Of a DNA stretch of 64,000 nt, positions 21,177 to 32,027 are shown one piece after another. Location: assembly GCA_963726195.1 (NCBI GenBank), contig CAVSBO010000017.1, positions 47,331 to 111,330 on the forward strand, read 5' to 3'. The notes beneath the pieces are model-generated. The model ran no database searches and had not been told where the DNA came from. It worked only from the letters and a program-made list of their open reading frames with translations. The number at the start of each line of letters is the position of its first letter. Position 1 is the stretch's first letter. This stretch comes from Candidatus Thorarchaeota archaeon. GTDB taxonomy: Archaea; Asgardarchaeota; Thorarchaeia; Thorarchaeales; Thorarchaeaceae. Both the position numbers and the translations under genes were made by a program.

Positions 21177-22646
21177 ATGTACTCTTTGGAAGACACGCAT
21201 CAGGTTCATGACTTGATACGAGTGTTCAATACGCTTTCCCGCTCAAAGGAAGAGTTCGTACCTCTTGATGGAAGGAATGTCAGGGTCTACGCATGCGGGC
21301 CTACCGTGTACGACTATCCGCACATAGGCAATGCCAGGTCATTCGTCGTGTTTGACACAATTAGACGCTACCTCGAGTACAGCGGCTACCGTGTGGTCTT
21401 CATCACGAATTTCACTGATGTAGATGACAAGATGATTGCTCGGGCCCACGACGAGGGCATTACAGTTCCAGAGCTTGCAGGCAAGTTCATTGCAGAGTAT
21501 CAGAAAATCGCCAAGGAACTGAACCTCAAACCTGCAAATGCCAACCCTAGAGCCACAGAACACATCGATGACATGATTGACATGATCAAGCGTATCGTCG
21601 ACAACGGTGCGGGTTACGTCGTAGGGGGAAATGCCTACTTCGACGTGAGCGCATTCCAAGCGTATGGCAACCTTTCCAAGGTGCCAATCGATCAGATGAC
21701 TGCAGAAGCCCGGATAGAACCTGACGAGAACAAACAGGATCCGCGTGACTTTGTACTGTGGAAGACTGAGAAACCGGGCGAGCCCTCATGGGACAGTCCG
21801 TGGGGCAAAGGACGACCCGGTTGGCATGCAGAGTGCTCAGCTATGAGCCGACATTACCTCGGAGTTCCGTTCGACATACATGGCGGTGGACAAGACCTGA
21901 TATTCCCTCACCACGAGAACGAGATTGCACAAACGTCCTCAGCTTACGGAATAGAGACTCCAATCAAGTATTGGCTTCACAATGGATTCCTGACTATCAA
22001 CCAAGAGAAGATGTCGAAATCAGTTGGCAACTTCTTCACTGCTCGCGAAGTCCTTGACCACTATGACCATCAGGCAGTGAGGTTGTTCCTGATGTCCGCT
22101 CAATACCGCCAGCCACTCGACTATAACCCGGATGCGCTAAACCAAGCGACTCAGTCTGTCGAGAAACTTCGAAATGCGCTTGACCTGCTCGATGGCAGAC
22201 TATCGCTCGTAGAGAAAGGGAGTGCCAAACCCAGCCAAGCAGATTCGAAGCTTGCTGAAGCGATCAAGAAGGTCAGAGAAGGCTTTGAGAGGGAGATGGA
22301 TGATGACTTCAACACTCCCGGTTCCCTAGCGGAAGTGTTCACATTCGTGAAGTCCCTGAACACGTATGTCAGCAAATCTGGCAAGGCCTCGGTCTTGAGA
22401 GAGGCACATTCCGTCTTGGTCGAGCTCATGGGTGTACTTGGAATCGATTTTGAGAAGAAGACGACAGGAGAGGCATCGGTGAGCGATGAACTGCTTGGGC
22501 GGGTAGTTGACCTGTTGCTCCAAATCAGAGAAGAAGCGAGGAAGAGTAAGAACTATCCTCTGTCTGACTGGATAAGGAAAGGGCTGGCCGAGGTCGGCAT
22601 CACGGTCTCGGACACTCAGGACGGCCCGACTTGGAAAGCAGAATAG
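21177..22646 (+). CDS. cysS: Cysteine-tRNA ligase (true start probably a few codons downstream)
   Basis: CGPTVYDYPHIGN, GRPGWHAECS, DIHGGGQDLIFPHHENE, KMSKS. Confidence 0.97.
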   Translation: MYSLEDTHQVHDLIRVFNTLSRSKEEFVPLDGRNVRVYACGPTVYDYPHIGNARSFVVFDTIRRYLEYSGYRVVFITNFTDVDDKMIARAHDEGITVPELAGKFIAEYQKIAKELNLKPANANPRATEHIDDMIDMIKRIVDNGAGYVVGGNAYFDVSAFQAYGNLSKVPIDQMTAEARIEPDENKQDPRDFVLWKTEKPGEPSWDSPWGKGRPGWHAECSAMSRHYLGVPFDIHGGGQDLIFPHHENEIAQTSSAYGIETPIKYWLHNGFLTINQEKMSKSVGNFFTAREVLDHYDHQAVRLFLMSAQYRQPLDYNPDALNQATQSVEKLRNALDLLDGRLSLVEKGSAKPSQADSKLAEAIKKVREGFEREMDDDFNTPGSLAEVFTFVKSLNTYVSKSGKASVLREAHSVLVELMGVLGIDFEKKTTGEASVSDELLGRVVDLLLQIREEARKSKNYPLSDWIRKGLAEVGITVSDTQDGPTWKAE

Positions 22647-22683
22647 GCACTCGCTTCTTCGGTTAGCGGGTTCTCACGTTCGT

Positions 22684-23324
22684 TCACGCTCCACCCAGTT
22701 CCTGAGCTTTGCCACACGCCCTCTCAGCCTCGTCGTACCTCTTCAGTTCATGCAGGAGGACTCCGAGGTTACTCCATACAATTGTATGTTTAGGGTCCAG
22801 TTCAAGAGCCTTGCGATACGCCTTCTCAGCCTCATCGTACCTCTTCAGGGTCTTCAGCATGTTTCCAACGTTATTCCATGCCCGCACATTATTGGGGTCC
22901 AGTTCGAGAGCCCGGTGAAGAGCCTCCTCGGCCTCGTCGTATCTCTTCAGAATCGTCAGCACCTTTCCAAGCTTGTCCCATGCTTCTACATAATTCAGGT
23001 CATGCTCAAGGGCCTTGCGATAGGCCGTCTCAGCCTCGTGGTACATCCTACCAAGACTCATCACGAATCCAAGATTCGTCCATGCCTTTGTGTCCGTGAT
23101 CTCAAATGGCATCGGCATCTTCGGAATAAACGGGGCATATGGAAAGCGCGCCATCAGCCTAGTCGTACCTCCTAAGGTCGCCCAACGGGGCTCCAAGCTT
23201 ATTCCATGCGGTTACGTGCTTAGGGTCCAGTTCCAGAACCCTACGAAACACCTTCTCTGCGCCGCAAAACTCTCCTAGACTGGTAGAGCCGGGATGAAAC
23301 AGAGACCAGTTCTTCCCTGATCAT
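22684..23324 (-). pseudogene. TPR protein with a decayed 5' part; the 3' ORF 22684..23196 retains 4 TPRs
   Basis: 102-bp period repeats (LKRYDEAE..ALELDP). An upstream TPR copy has an in-frame TAG at 23159-23161 plus frame changes. GGAGG SD before ATG 23324. Confidence 0.65.
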
Positions 23325-23589
23325 ATGAATCCTCCTCTCAGCACGTCATGGCACGGTTGTCGCCATACCGAGGTGAGCGCACTAATTAGCATTGTGGCCG
23401 TATAGACGACGAAGTCATGTTCATCCAGTTGTTCAGTCTTCCCAGCTCTTGATACCGTAGGCAGTTGATACAACACAGACTGGCAGTATCTTGCGGACTA
23501 TGATTCAATACCCCGAGTTCAGGACAGCAGAAGTCCTCTAGAGGCCGCCGCAAGGAATCAGCTGTACGGCATGGGTGCCTGCTTCTTTT

Positions 23590-24978
23590 CTACTTCTTAC
23601 TAATCTGATGCTTGACGCTTACGTACAACCCGGCATTGTCCAAGATGAAGACACGTGGGTCAGGGTTCTCCTTCAAGAACCTGTGCATCAGCTCTCGAAG
23701 AACTCGCTGGGCGTCTGCCGGGTTACGAGGATTCAACCCCTCCATTCTGTAGATATCGCTCAGCATCTTTGGATCGAGCTGGGTCACCACTTTGATGTTC
23801 CTCTCGGCAACGTCCAGTAGAATCCTGAAGAGGTCGGGGACTTTCTGATTGCCAATCTGGAAGGTCTTCTCTGAACAGTCGTGCTCAATGCAGTACTTGA
23901 GAGCATCCTTAACCTTCATGCCAACCGTCGCTTTGATAGAATTCTCATAGCCCGAGCTCCCTATCCCTTCCTGACAAGGAGGTAGAAGGACAATCCATCC
24001 CTTGAGATCGTGGCGAACTCCGTTCCATGCGGCATGAATTCCTTTGCCCGCTTGATAGAGGTTGATGCCTAGGTCACCTACAGATACGAATACAATATCG
24101 GCTGGCTCATCAACATCGACAACGCTGAGTTTCTTCAACGGTGCTGATGCTGCCTTGTGGCACTCTATGATATCGCCCGCCTGCACGTAGACAATCTTGC
24201 CCTGGTCCACAATCGTATCGATACAGAAAATGGGAATGCGTGTTGCCATCTGTCGTGTGATGTCAATCATGTCTTGGATTACGGGATTGCCTTCAGTGTT
24301 GCCAAGTCTGCACTCAGGCTTGAATCCCTTCTCGAGGTCGAACATTCTCGGATGATTGACTCGCACTGTCTCGCGTCCTGCAACTCCTGGGCAGAATAGC
24401 TTGACCGTACCAGCCTGACCAGCGAAGTAATGATACTCCGAGTCGCTCAGGACGATTATCAGACATGAGTCGAGCACCTTCTGGTCGATGAGAATTGGTG
24501 TGCCCATTTTCGTCTTTCCCACATCACGGTTTCCTGAGTCACAATCATGAGTGAGAACGTTGGCTTTCCAGTCCTTGTAGATCTCTGAACCCAGGACCTT
24601 GTTCTCAATGGGATCCGGCTTCGGAGGTCCGTGAGTGCCACTTGAGATCATAATCGCTATGTCTTCCTTACGTACTCCGAGCCCTAATAGACGCGCAGTA
24701 AGGATCGGTAGCAACGCCCGAGTGTGAATGTTTGGTCTCGTGTTATCATCCACGAGAAACACAATCCTCTTGCCTTTCGAGTAGACTTTCTTCACCACCT
24801 CATCAAAGGGTTTGGTACCCAACGGTTTGGCCAAAACCTCATTGAGGCGGGGCTTGAAATCAGCGAAGTCAGGCTTGTATCCTGCAGCGCGCAGAATTGC
24901 CAGCTTCTTCACACTTGACGGAATGAACTCGTCTATTGTCAGAGTGCCGTATTTCAGTGGCGTCTTCTGGTACGACAT
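23590..24978 (-). CDS. LarA-family nickel-pincer racemase/epimerase
   Basis: DDNTRP, SGTHG, HDCD, HYFAGQAGTVK, PGVAG, NHP, INLYQAGKG, CQEGIG. Confidence 0.85.
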   Translation of the reverse strand: MSYQKTPLKYGTLTIDEFIPSSVKKLAILRAAGYKPDFADFKPRLNEVLAKPLGTKPFDEVVKKVYSKGKRIVFLVDDNTRPNIHTRALLPILTARLLGLGVRKEDIAIMISSGTHGPPKPDPIENKVLGSEIYKDWKANVLTHDCDSGNRDVGKTKMGTPILIDQKVLDSCLIIVLSDSEYHYFAGQAGTVKLFCPGVAGRETVRVNHPRMFDLEKGFKPECRLGNTEGNPVIQDMIDITRQMATRIPIFCIDTIVDQGKIVYVQAGDIIECHKAASAPLKKLSVVDVDEPADIVFVSVGDLGINLYQAGKGIHAAWNGVRHDLKGWIVLLPPCQEGIGSSGYENSIKATVGMKVKDALKYCIEHDCSEKTFQIGNQKVPDLFRILLDVAERNIKVVTQLDPKMLSDIYRMEGLNPRNPADAQRVLRELMHRFLKENPDPRVFILDNAGLYVSVKHQISKK

Positions 24979-25302
24979 GCGATTACCGATATTCCGATGC
25001 TTGGGTGAGGGATAACAATTGCGGTCGTTCTGTTCGTCGGAGCATGGACTAAGCCAGCGTGATTGTAGACGTGACTCGAAAGCTCTAGCCAATCCGACAT
25101 GTCTGGAATGACTCGCGTACTTGCGGCCCCCATATCATTGCCGTCGTGATGGCGTATTGAATGAAGGTCTGAAAAATCCTGGAGGAAGAACTGTGAAAAT
25201 TCAGGGCGGAAACGGCCTCACAAGGCTTAAATCCAAACTTGCCCAATGGTAATACTGGGGGAATAGGAGTTCTCGGCCGAATGTCGATTCGGGGGCACAA
25301 AC

Positions 25303-25333
25303 TTTATAAGTGTAGTTACGCGAGTATATAAAA
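25303..25333. promoter_or_regulatory. TATA-box candidates in the divergent larA/tfb intergenic region
   Basis: TTTATAAG at 25303 and TATATAAA at 25325 in an AT-rich patch. Confidence 0.45.
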
Positions 25334-25465
25334 CTGACGGAATTAAGCGGTACTTGCCTCGGAAATCATCCTAACAGCACGCCCAAGGTCGTGTTTTCGC
25401 TGTATGTATGGAGACACAGCAATTGCCGCCTGAATTCGCGAGAGAACGGAGAGAGGTGTAGGATT

Positions 25466-26431
25466 ATGGCCACCAAAGCAAGCCAACCAAACAAGCAGGG
25501 ACACCATGCCCATGCCAATTCCGGCTTCACATGTCCGGAGTGCGGCGGACATGAAGTAGTCCAAGACATTGAGAAAGGGGAGAGAATCTGTGCAAGCTGT
25601 GGACTAGTCGTAAGCGAACACCGCATCGACACAGGTCCTGAGTGGAGGGCATTCACATCCGAGGAAAAAGACTCTCGGTCAAGAGCGGGAGCTCCGACCA
25701 ACTATTCGATTCATGATAAGGGTCTCTCGACCATGATTGACTGGCGAGATCATGACTCCCAAGGCAAGAGGTTCACGGCAAAGAAGCGTTCAGAAATCTA
25801 TCGGCTTCGTAAGTGGCAGATTAGAACTAGGGTTCACAGTTCTGTCGACAGGAATCTCGCTCAAGCCATGTCGGAACTTGACAGGCTCTCATCTCAGCTA
25901 GGACTCACCAAGGGAATTAAGGAATTAGCAGCACTGCTCTACAGGAAGCTCATTGTGAAGAGACTCGCGCGCAGCCGGTCGATAGACGCCATGGTTGGCG
26001 CCTCAATCTACGCAGCGTGCAGACTCAGAATGGCTCCTCGCTCACTTGAGGAAATATCAAGGTACTCTCGGGTTAGCAAGAAGAAGATAGGCCAACATTA
26101 CAGACTGCTCGTTGAGAAGCTCAAGCTCAAGATGCCCATATCAGACCCCGCTAACTACGTGCCTAGATTCATGACCGACCTCAGTCTGCCAGGATATGTG
26201 CAGCAGAAGGTCTTGGAGATCCTCGAACAAGCGAAGAACAACAAGAGCCTTGTAACCGGTCGTGATCCAAGAGGACTCGCAGCTGCGGCAATCTACATTG
26301 CATCGATTCTGATGGATCATCGCGTGACACAGCGCGATATCGCTATTGCTGCTGGGGTCACTGAGGTTACAGTTCGCAATAGGTACAAAGAGCTAGTCGC
26401 CAAGCTCGGGATCACAATGGCCGCACAGTGA
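25466..26431 (+). CDS. tfb: Transcription initiation factor IIB
   Basis: Zn ribbon CPECG..CASCG, B-reader GPEWRAF, HDKGLST, RLRKWQ, two cyclin folds, VTEVTVRNRYKEL. Confidence 0.97.
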   Translation: MATKASQPNKQGHHAHANSGFTCPECGGHEVVQDIEKGERICASCGLVVSEHRIDTGPEWRAFTSEEKDSRSRAGAPTNYSIHDKGLSTMIDWRDHDSQGKRFTAKKRSEIYRLRKWQIRTRVHSSVDRNLAQAMSELDRLSSQLGLTKGIKELAALLYRKLIVKRLARSRSIDAMVGASIYAACRLRMAPRSLEEISRYSRVSKKKIGQHYRLLVEKLKLKMPISDPANYVPRFMTDLSLPGYVQQKVLEILEQAKNNKSLVTGRDPRGLAAAAIYIASILMDHRVTQRDIAIAAGVTEVTVRNRYKELVAKLGITMAAQ

Positions 26432-26544
26432 GCGCTACTGCACCTGAGCATAGCAGGCAGAACATGCTTCTATGCTCGGGGCAATCCTTTGTCCTTGACT
26501 GGACATCCAAGTCTGTTTGCCCTTTTGATATCTCCTGACGAGCA

Positions 26545-27204
26545 TTAGAGACCAAGCTTCTCCAGAGCCTCGAAGAAGGACTTGGTCAGGAACGCTCTGT
26601 ACTTGAATCCGCCCATTCCCGATTTCTTCATGAGTTTGGTCACCGGGCCGAGGAGTTGCTCCTTCGTCATGACAGTTATGCCTGAAATCTCGTGAGAGTC
26701 GATGGGCTTCATCTCCCCGCCCGCTTTGTCTGCGAGGAAGACCAGTGACCGCCAGGGAATCGTCTCTTTCCCGCAGTGGACCGTGAGAGACATATCCAAC
26801 ACGAACTTGATGAGACGTATCTCCAAACCCGTTTCCTCATGCATCTCGCGACTCGCTCCTTCCTCTATGGTCTCTCCCGGATGTGCCCCGCCTGAAGGAG
26901 CTCTGTAGATGCCAGTGCCTGAGTAGGCAGGCTTCTGAATTACTACATATCCGCCATCGCTCTTGATGAAACAAGTGATGTCGTGATTACGACCCTTTGA
27001 CGTACTTCCTCTGATCAGCTCGCATTCAGGCTCGAGAAAATCGACTTCGAACTTGAGCCTTCTCGGCCGCCCGTATTTGTCTGCAAGGGCATCCACCTCG
27101 GAGGCACTAATATCAGTAGGGGTAATCACAGGATTCTGAAGTAAAACAAGGTACAAAAAGACCTGCCGGACAACTGCAGGTCGCTGCTGTTCTATTAGCC
27201 TCAA
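26545..27204 (-). CDS. NUDIX hydrolase (true start probably downstream of 27204)
   Basis: Nudix box GGAHPGETIEEGASREMHEETGL. Confidence 0.88.
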   Translation of the reverse strand: MRLIEQQRPAVVRQVFLYLVLLQNPVITPTDISASEVDALADKYGRPRRLKFEVDFLEPECELIRGSTSKGRNHDITCFIKSDGGYVVIQKPAYSGTGIYRAPSGGAHPGETIEEGASREMHEETGLEIRLIKFVLDMSLTVHCGKETIPWRSLVFLADKAGGEMKPIDSHEISGITVMTKEQLLGPVTKLMKKSGMGGFKYRAFLTKSFFEALEKLGL

Positions 27205-27259
27205 TTCAACAGCCTTTTACGATTAGGCGTCAATTTGTCTAGCGATTGTAGCGAGGATT

Positions 27260-27793
27260 GTGGAATTGAAAATCAAGATTGAAGACACAGAAGTTGAGAC
27301 TGTTATTGGTGACATAACCAAGGTCTCAGTGGAAGCGATTGCCAATGCAGCCAATACCGACCTTTGGATGGGTTCAGGCGTTGCAGGTGCTATCAAACAT
27401 GCCGGAGGCGAGCAAATCGAGAAAGAGGCGGTGGCTCAGGGACCCATCAAGGCTGGGGGGGCAGTAATCACTTCAGGAGGCAAGCTGTCGGCACACTATG
27501 TCATTCACTGCGCCGGGATGCCCCCGGGAGGCGGCGCCTCTTACTCTAGGGTTAAGGCTTCGGTGCTTGCAGGTCTGAGACTTGCTTCTTCAAAGGGCGT
27601 TCGCTCAATTGCCTTTCCTGCAATAGGGGCAGGAGTTGGCGGCTTACCGGGTGAGGAGTCTGCCAGTGCTATCGTAGCGGCGGTCAAAGAGCATTCGAAA
27701 CATCCGGGTTCCGTTCGCCGAATTGTGCTTGTAGCATTCGATGCATCAATCGCCCAGAACTTCGATGACGCTCTGAAGGGTCTCCAGAGGTGA
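27260..27793 (+). CDS. Macrodomain ADP-ribose binding/hydrolase protein (MacroD/Af1521-like)
   Basis: GDIT, ANAAN, GSGVAGAI, VIHCAG, SIAFPAIGAGVGG. Confidence 0.93.
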   Translation: MELKIKIEDTEVETVIGDITKVSVEAIANAANTDLWMGSGVAGAIKHAGGEQIEKEAVAQGPIKAGGAVITSGGKLSAHYVIHCAGMPPGGGASYSRVKASVLAGLRLASSKGVRSIAFPAIGAGVGGLPGEESASAIVAAVKEHSKHPGSVRRIVLVAFDASIAQNFDDALKGLQR

Positions 27794-28287
27794 CCTCCTT
27801 GAACGAGTGGTCAATGAATGGCATGCTCGTCAAGCTTGAGAACGGACCTTACGATGACACGAACTTAGACTATGTTCTGAAGAGCAAAAGCATTGGATAT
27901 ATGCCGCTGCAAGCCGGAGGATTGTTTACTGGCAAGGTCGGTCCTGCTATTCAGGTGCAAGAGATGGCACTTGCGAAGAAGGTCGCATATTGGCCACAAG
28001 TTTCTCTCAAGGACTTCGGGAGACGGACAATCATATACGAAGCCGCTAAGAAGGCGCTCGAAGAAGCTAACAACTTCGAGGCTAGTGAAGTGGGTTTCTT
28101 TACGGTCGGGCTCGAAGTGGCGGGAGTTCCGAGCTGGGAGGTCGCTGAGGAAATTGTCAGGGCAGTCCATGAGCACTCAGCTAAGAAAGGAACAATCGGT
28201 AGGACCGTGCTTGTTGCTAGTTCTCCCATCCAAGTCAGTTCATTCCAGTACGCCTTGAACAATCTAGTACTCCTAACTCGGGAGTGA
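27790..28287 (+). CDS. Degenerate macrodomain-like protein
   Basis: GTGA overlap with the macro gene; C-terminal half collinear with it (EVGFFTVGLEVAGVP..EEIVRAVHEH..TIGRTVLVAS); catalytic motifs absent. Confidence 0.6.
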   Translation: MTSLNEWSMNGMLVKLENGPYDDTNLDYVLKSKSIGYMPLQAGGLFTGKVGPAIQVQEMALAKKVAYWPQVSLKDFGRRTIIYEAAKKALEEANNFEASEVGFFTVGLEVAGVPSWEVAEEIVRAVHEHSAKKGTIGRTVLVASSPIQVSSFQYALNNLVLLTRE

Positions 28288-28294
28288 TTGGCGG

Positions 28295-29683
28295 TCAAGT
28301 CTTTAGCCTACGCTTTGCCGCATCTGCTGATGTGACCAAGGGATCCCAAGTGTCGCAAACGGGAGGAGCGTAGCAGTTCTCAAAATCGAAAAGACCTTTC
28401 GCATCAATCGAGTTCTGAATACCTATCGTAATCACATTCAGTCTCATAGCGGCGTCTTCTGTCCCTACAACCTGCCCTCCGACGAGTTTGCCGGTCTGCT
28501 TGTCGAAGAACGTCTTGACCTTGATATCCTTACCTCCAACGAAGTATGGAGGCTTTGTGCTTCCCTTGATTGAACCCTTCACAACTTCTATCTCGAAGCG
28601 CTTGGCAAGCTCCTCAGACAGACCCGTGCTTGCAATCTCAAGTCCGAAGATCTTGGTCACCTTCGCACCGACAATCCCCGGGAACTTTTCGTCTCCTCCT
28701 GCGGCGTTGATTCCTGCAACGCGACCCTGCCTAACGGCAATCGTGCCTAGGCCCATTGACATGGGCTTTCGCGTAATGAAATCAACATTCTCTGCACAAT
28801 CTCCGCACGCATAGATGTCCTTGACGTTGGTCATCATTCTTTCGTCGGTCTTTATCCCTCTAGTCGACCCAATCTCTACTCCAATCTTCTGCGCCAATTC
28901 CGTGACAGGCCTAACACCAGTCGATACAACAACAGCATCTGCCTTTACTTCGAGAGTCTCCTGTGTGTCTCTCTTTACAACCTTTACTGCTTTTGGCGCT
29001 ATGTCACCAAGTATCTCCTGAGCCGCAGCATTGGTCAGTATCTCTAGCCCTTGTGCTCTGCAATGTTCCTCGACAATCTCAGCCATATCAGGATCTACCA
29101 TCGCGAGCAGAACGTTGGGCAGGAATTCAACAACAGTAACATGGACACCTCGCTCGTGAAGGGCCTCGGCGGTCTCCATGCCTGCAACTCCTCCGCCGAT
29201 AACTACGACACTTTTCGCCTTTGTTGCCTCAAGCGAGAGAGCCTTGGCATCGGGGATGGTTCTAATGCCATAGACTCGCTTCTTGTCAAGCCCCTTAATC
29301 GGGGGGTCAGCGTTTCGAGCGCCAGTTGCAAACACCAAGGCGTCGTAGTCCGCTTTGCCGCCCCCAGCCTTTCCTCTGTACTCGATCCGACGCGACTTAG
29401 CATCGATATCCATGACTGTGGTGGCTAAGCGAGCATCTATGCCCAACCCATCCCAGCTTTCCGGCGGGGTCAGTACTAGGTCCTCAAAATCGTGCACCTT
29501 TCCTGATATCGTATAGGGAAGACCGCACCTTGAGTACTGGGAATAGGATTCTGAGTTGAACATGGTGATTGAGACCTTGCGGTTGAACTTCCTTGCCTGC
29601 ATGGCCGCGGTGGCTCCAGCCGCACCGCATCCAACTATGACTATTCTATCGACCACTGTGATGTTCGCCTCTGGGTTAGGCAA
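28295..29683 (-). CDS. FAD-dependent NAD(P)H oxidase / CoA-disulfide reductase family
   Basis: GCGAAG, SQYSRCGLPY, ATGA, GGGVAGME, YACGD, CYAPP. Confidence 0.9.
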   Translation of the reverse strand: MPNPEANITVVDRIVIVGCGAAGATAAMQARKFNRKVSITMFNSESYSQYSRCGLPYTISGKVHDFEDLVLTPPESWDGLGIDARLATTVMDIDAKSRRIEYRGKAGGGKADYDALVFATGARNADPPIKGLDKKRVYGIRTIPDAKALSLEATKAKSVVVIGGGVAGMETAEALHERGVHVTVVEFLPNVLLAMVDPDMAEIVEEHCRAQGLEILTNAAAQEILGDIAPKAVKVVKRDTQETLEVKADAVVVSTGVRPVTELAQKIGVEIGSTRGIKTDERMMTNVKDIYACGDCAENVDFITRKPMSMGLGTIAVRQGRVAGINAAGGDEKFPGIVGAKVTKIFGLEIASTGLSEELAKRFEIEVVKGSIKGSTKPPYFVGGKDIKVKTFFDKQTGKLVGGQVVGTEDAAMRLNVITIGIQNSIDAKGLFDFENCYAPPVCDTWDPLVTSADAAKRRLKT

Positions 29684-29866
29684 CAGAGGAAATCAGTTGT
29701 AGAGACACCCATTCTTCAAGTTTTAGGAATCAACGAAGCTGACTGCATGAACAAATGACCAATGTCTATGGCGGCCTTTGCAGGATTCGTCAGGAGGAGT
29801 GCAATCTGTGCCCGACCATTCCTGCAACCTTGGCCTATGTCGTTGTGTATCACGCGAGGACTGCAA

Positions 29867-31307
29867 TTAGGAAGACTTGTCTTCCTTCTCGTCGGGTTCC
29901 TCAGGCTCAGGGGCACTCTTTTCTTCTTCGGGTTCTTCGGCCTGTTCGCCACCTTTCTCCTCTTCTGCTGCTGACACACGCTCCTCCTCTGTTGGCATCA
30001 GGGGCTTGCCAGCCTCAAGTGTTTGACGCAGTTTCCCTATCTGGCTCTTGCGAGCGAAATAGAGAGCAAAAATTACGCCAACCGAGAGAGCGGCGGTCAC
30101 AATAGACAGTGTTATCTGCCACTGGCTTGATCCGAAACCGAGTAGCTGGTCCCAAGTCACCAACAGGAAACCCAGCCCAGCCAAGTTCATTGCAAAGCTT
30201 CGAATTGGTGTCTCTATCTTCGTGACCTCGACGACACTGGTGTCAACCAATGCGGCTCCAATAACGCCGGAATTGTAGTTGTTCGACTTCGTACTCTTTG
30301 AGATCTTCCGAATAGACAGTGCCTTCTTCTTGCTCAAAAGCCTAAGAACGGAGTCAACCTTAGACGTCAGAAGCTCTGCATAAGTCCTCTTCGCGTCATC
30401 AGTCTCAGTGCCGCATTTCTTGCACTTATCCAGACCACGATCCCACTTCGTCTTGCACTTGGGACAGACATCTTGCTTCCATGCGTCAGGCGCAACCTCT
30501 CTCAACCTCTGCTTGATAATGTACCCGCTGACGCCATCTTTGGATTCGTCCTTGCCCTTCTTCTTGGTTTTCATCTGTTTTACTATCGAGAAGAGCAATG
30601 GGAGAGCGCCAAGCACTGTTAGATTGGGCAGGGAACGAATCTCTGAAGCCTTTTTCTGAATGGTTCGAAACTTAGAGGCCGCCTTGAGACCGTCAATAAG
30701 ACTGTAGAAGTTGTTGCCAATACCCCAGACTGCCCCTGCAGTTACCACCGTCGTAGCAATCCCGGCCACCGATGTGAACACAGACGAAGGGACAAACACG
30801 TAGAACGAACCGGGGAGGTGATACACCGTAGAGTTGCCCATCTCGTTGTAGAAGAAGTCCACAGAAGCCTGGAAGAGAACCAGTCACAAGTTGAATCCCG
30901 CCGGACATCAAAAGCTGACCAAAGTTGAAATCTGCCGCAGGAGCCGTTATGTTAACATGTGTAGGAACTAAGACGAATGTTTGGTTGGTGCTCGGATCGC
31001 GGACATGAATGGTCAGTATGGCGATGCCTTGGTAGTAGAATATTATGTTAGCGCTCACATTGAGAGCCAATGTATCGGTGTTGTTTAGGCGAAGCGCCAT
31101 GTGCATTGGACCTGTCATGTTAAGCTGAATCGGATTGTCAGAAGACGCCGTGGTAATCGGCCTCCCATTCAGCCCAATGTACACCGACAGACGGGCATCA
31201 CTAATCCACCCGGGCGTTGCCTGGGCGACACGAGGTGAAACAGCCAACACAATAACTAGAAGGACAACAGAACAAGACAGAAGGAGTCTAGGACGTGAGC
31301 GTGCCAT
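29867..31307 (-). CDS. Membrane protein with signal peptide, extracellular domain, TM segments and Zn ribbon; +1 frameshift near 30878
   Basis: ORFs 30693..31307 and 29867..30862 join as LVTG-LFQASVDFFY; CPKC..CKKC; acidic tail. Confidence 0.7.
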
Positions 31308-31394
31308 CGAATATCAACTCTCATCAGCGAGCCGCTTTATCCGGAATGAAATCTAGCCTGCACAAAAGGGTTTTGGCTTTTCTCGCCTTTGCGT

Positions 31395-31796
31395 CTACGA
31401 ATGTTCGCGGGCTCTTATGGTTCGTGCCATGTCTGCCACTTTTTCAGCTACTGCCTTGTACCCCTCGCTTTTTCTTATTATGCCGCTGACTCCAGTTGAA
31501 ACGGCTCTGGATATCATATCAGAGTCAACATAGGCAGACAGAATGTGGATGTTCTTCACTCCCTTCTTTGACAGGATCCTCGTACATTCGATACCATCCA
31601 TTCCAGAAAGCCTCACATCCATTAGCGTTATGTCAGGGAGCCCTCCCCGCTTGGTCATGTCCTCCACCTTCTTGATGGCATCCTCGCCGTTGGATGCGGA
31701 CATGACGGCGAAATCATCTAGCAATCTGTGGAGGTAGGTCTCGATAATCTTGGAGACCGACGGTTCGTCATCGACTATGAGGATCTTAGTCGTCAT
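31395..31796 (-). CDS. Single-domain response regulator (CheY-like receiver)
   Basis: KILIVDDE, DITLMDVRLSGMDG, ILSAY, IIRK. Confidence 0.92.
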   Translation of the reverse strand: MTTKILIVDDEPSVSKIIETYLHRLLDDFAVMSASNGEDAIKKVEDMTKRGGLPDITLMDVRLSGMDGIECTRILSKKGVKNIHILSAYVDSDMISRAVSTGVSGIIRKSEGYKAVAEKVADMARTIRAREHS

Positions 31797-32027
31797 TGTG
31801 TCCCACCGGCATGCGTCGAACCGAATACTTGCGCACAGCATAGATTCAGTCCCGCCTTATCAATATCTGCGTTTTGCGCGAATTGTCGCAGGGTCTCTAC
31901 TAGCAGGCCGAACTCTGTCCAGAGAGCGAGGTACTGCCTCAGATATGTATGCGTGCTGTTCTTTACTCTGAGTAAGACATGAACGGGCAGTATTCAGCCG
32001 GAGCCAGAGGCTGCAGCAGGTGTCGAC

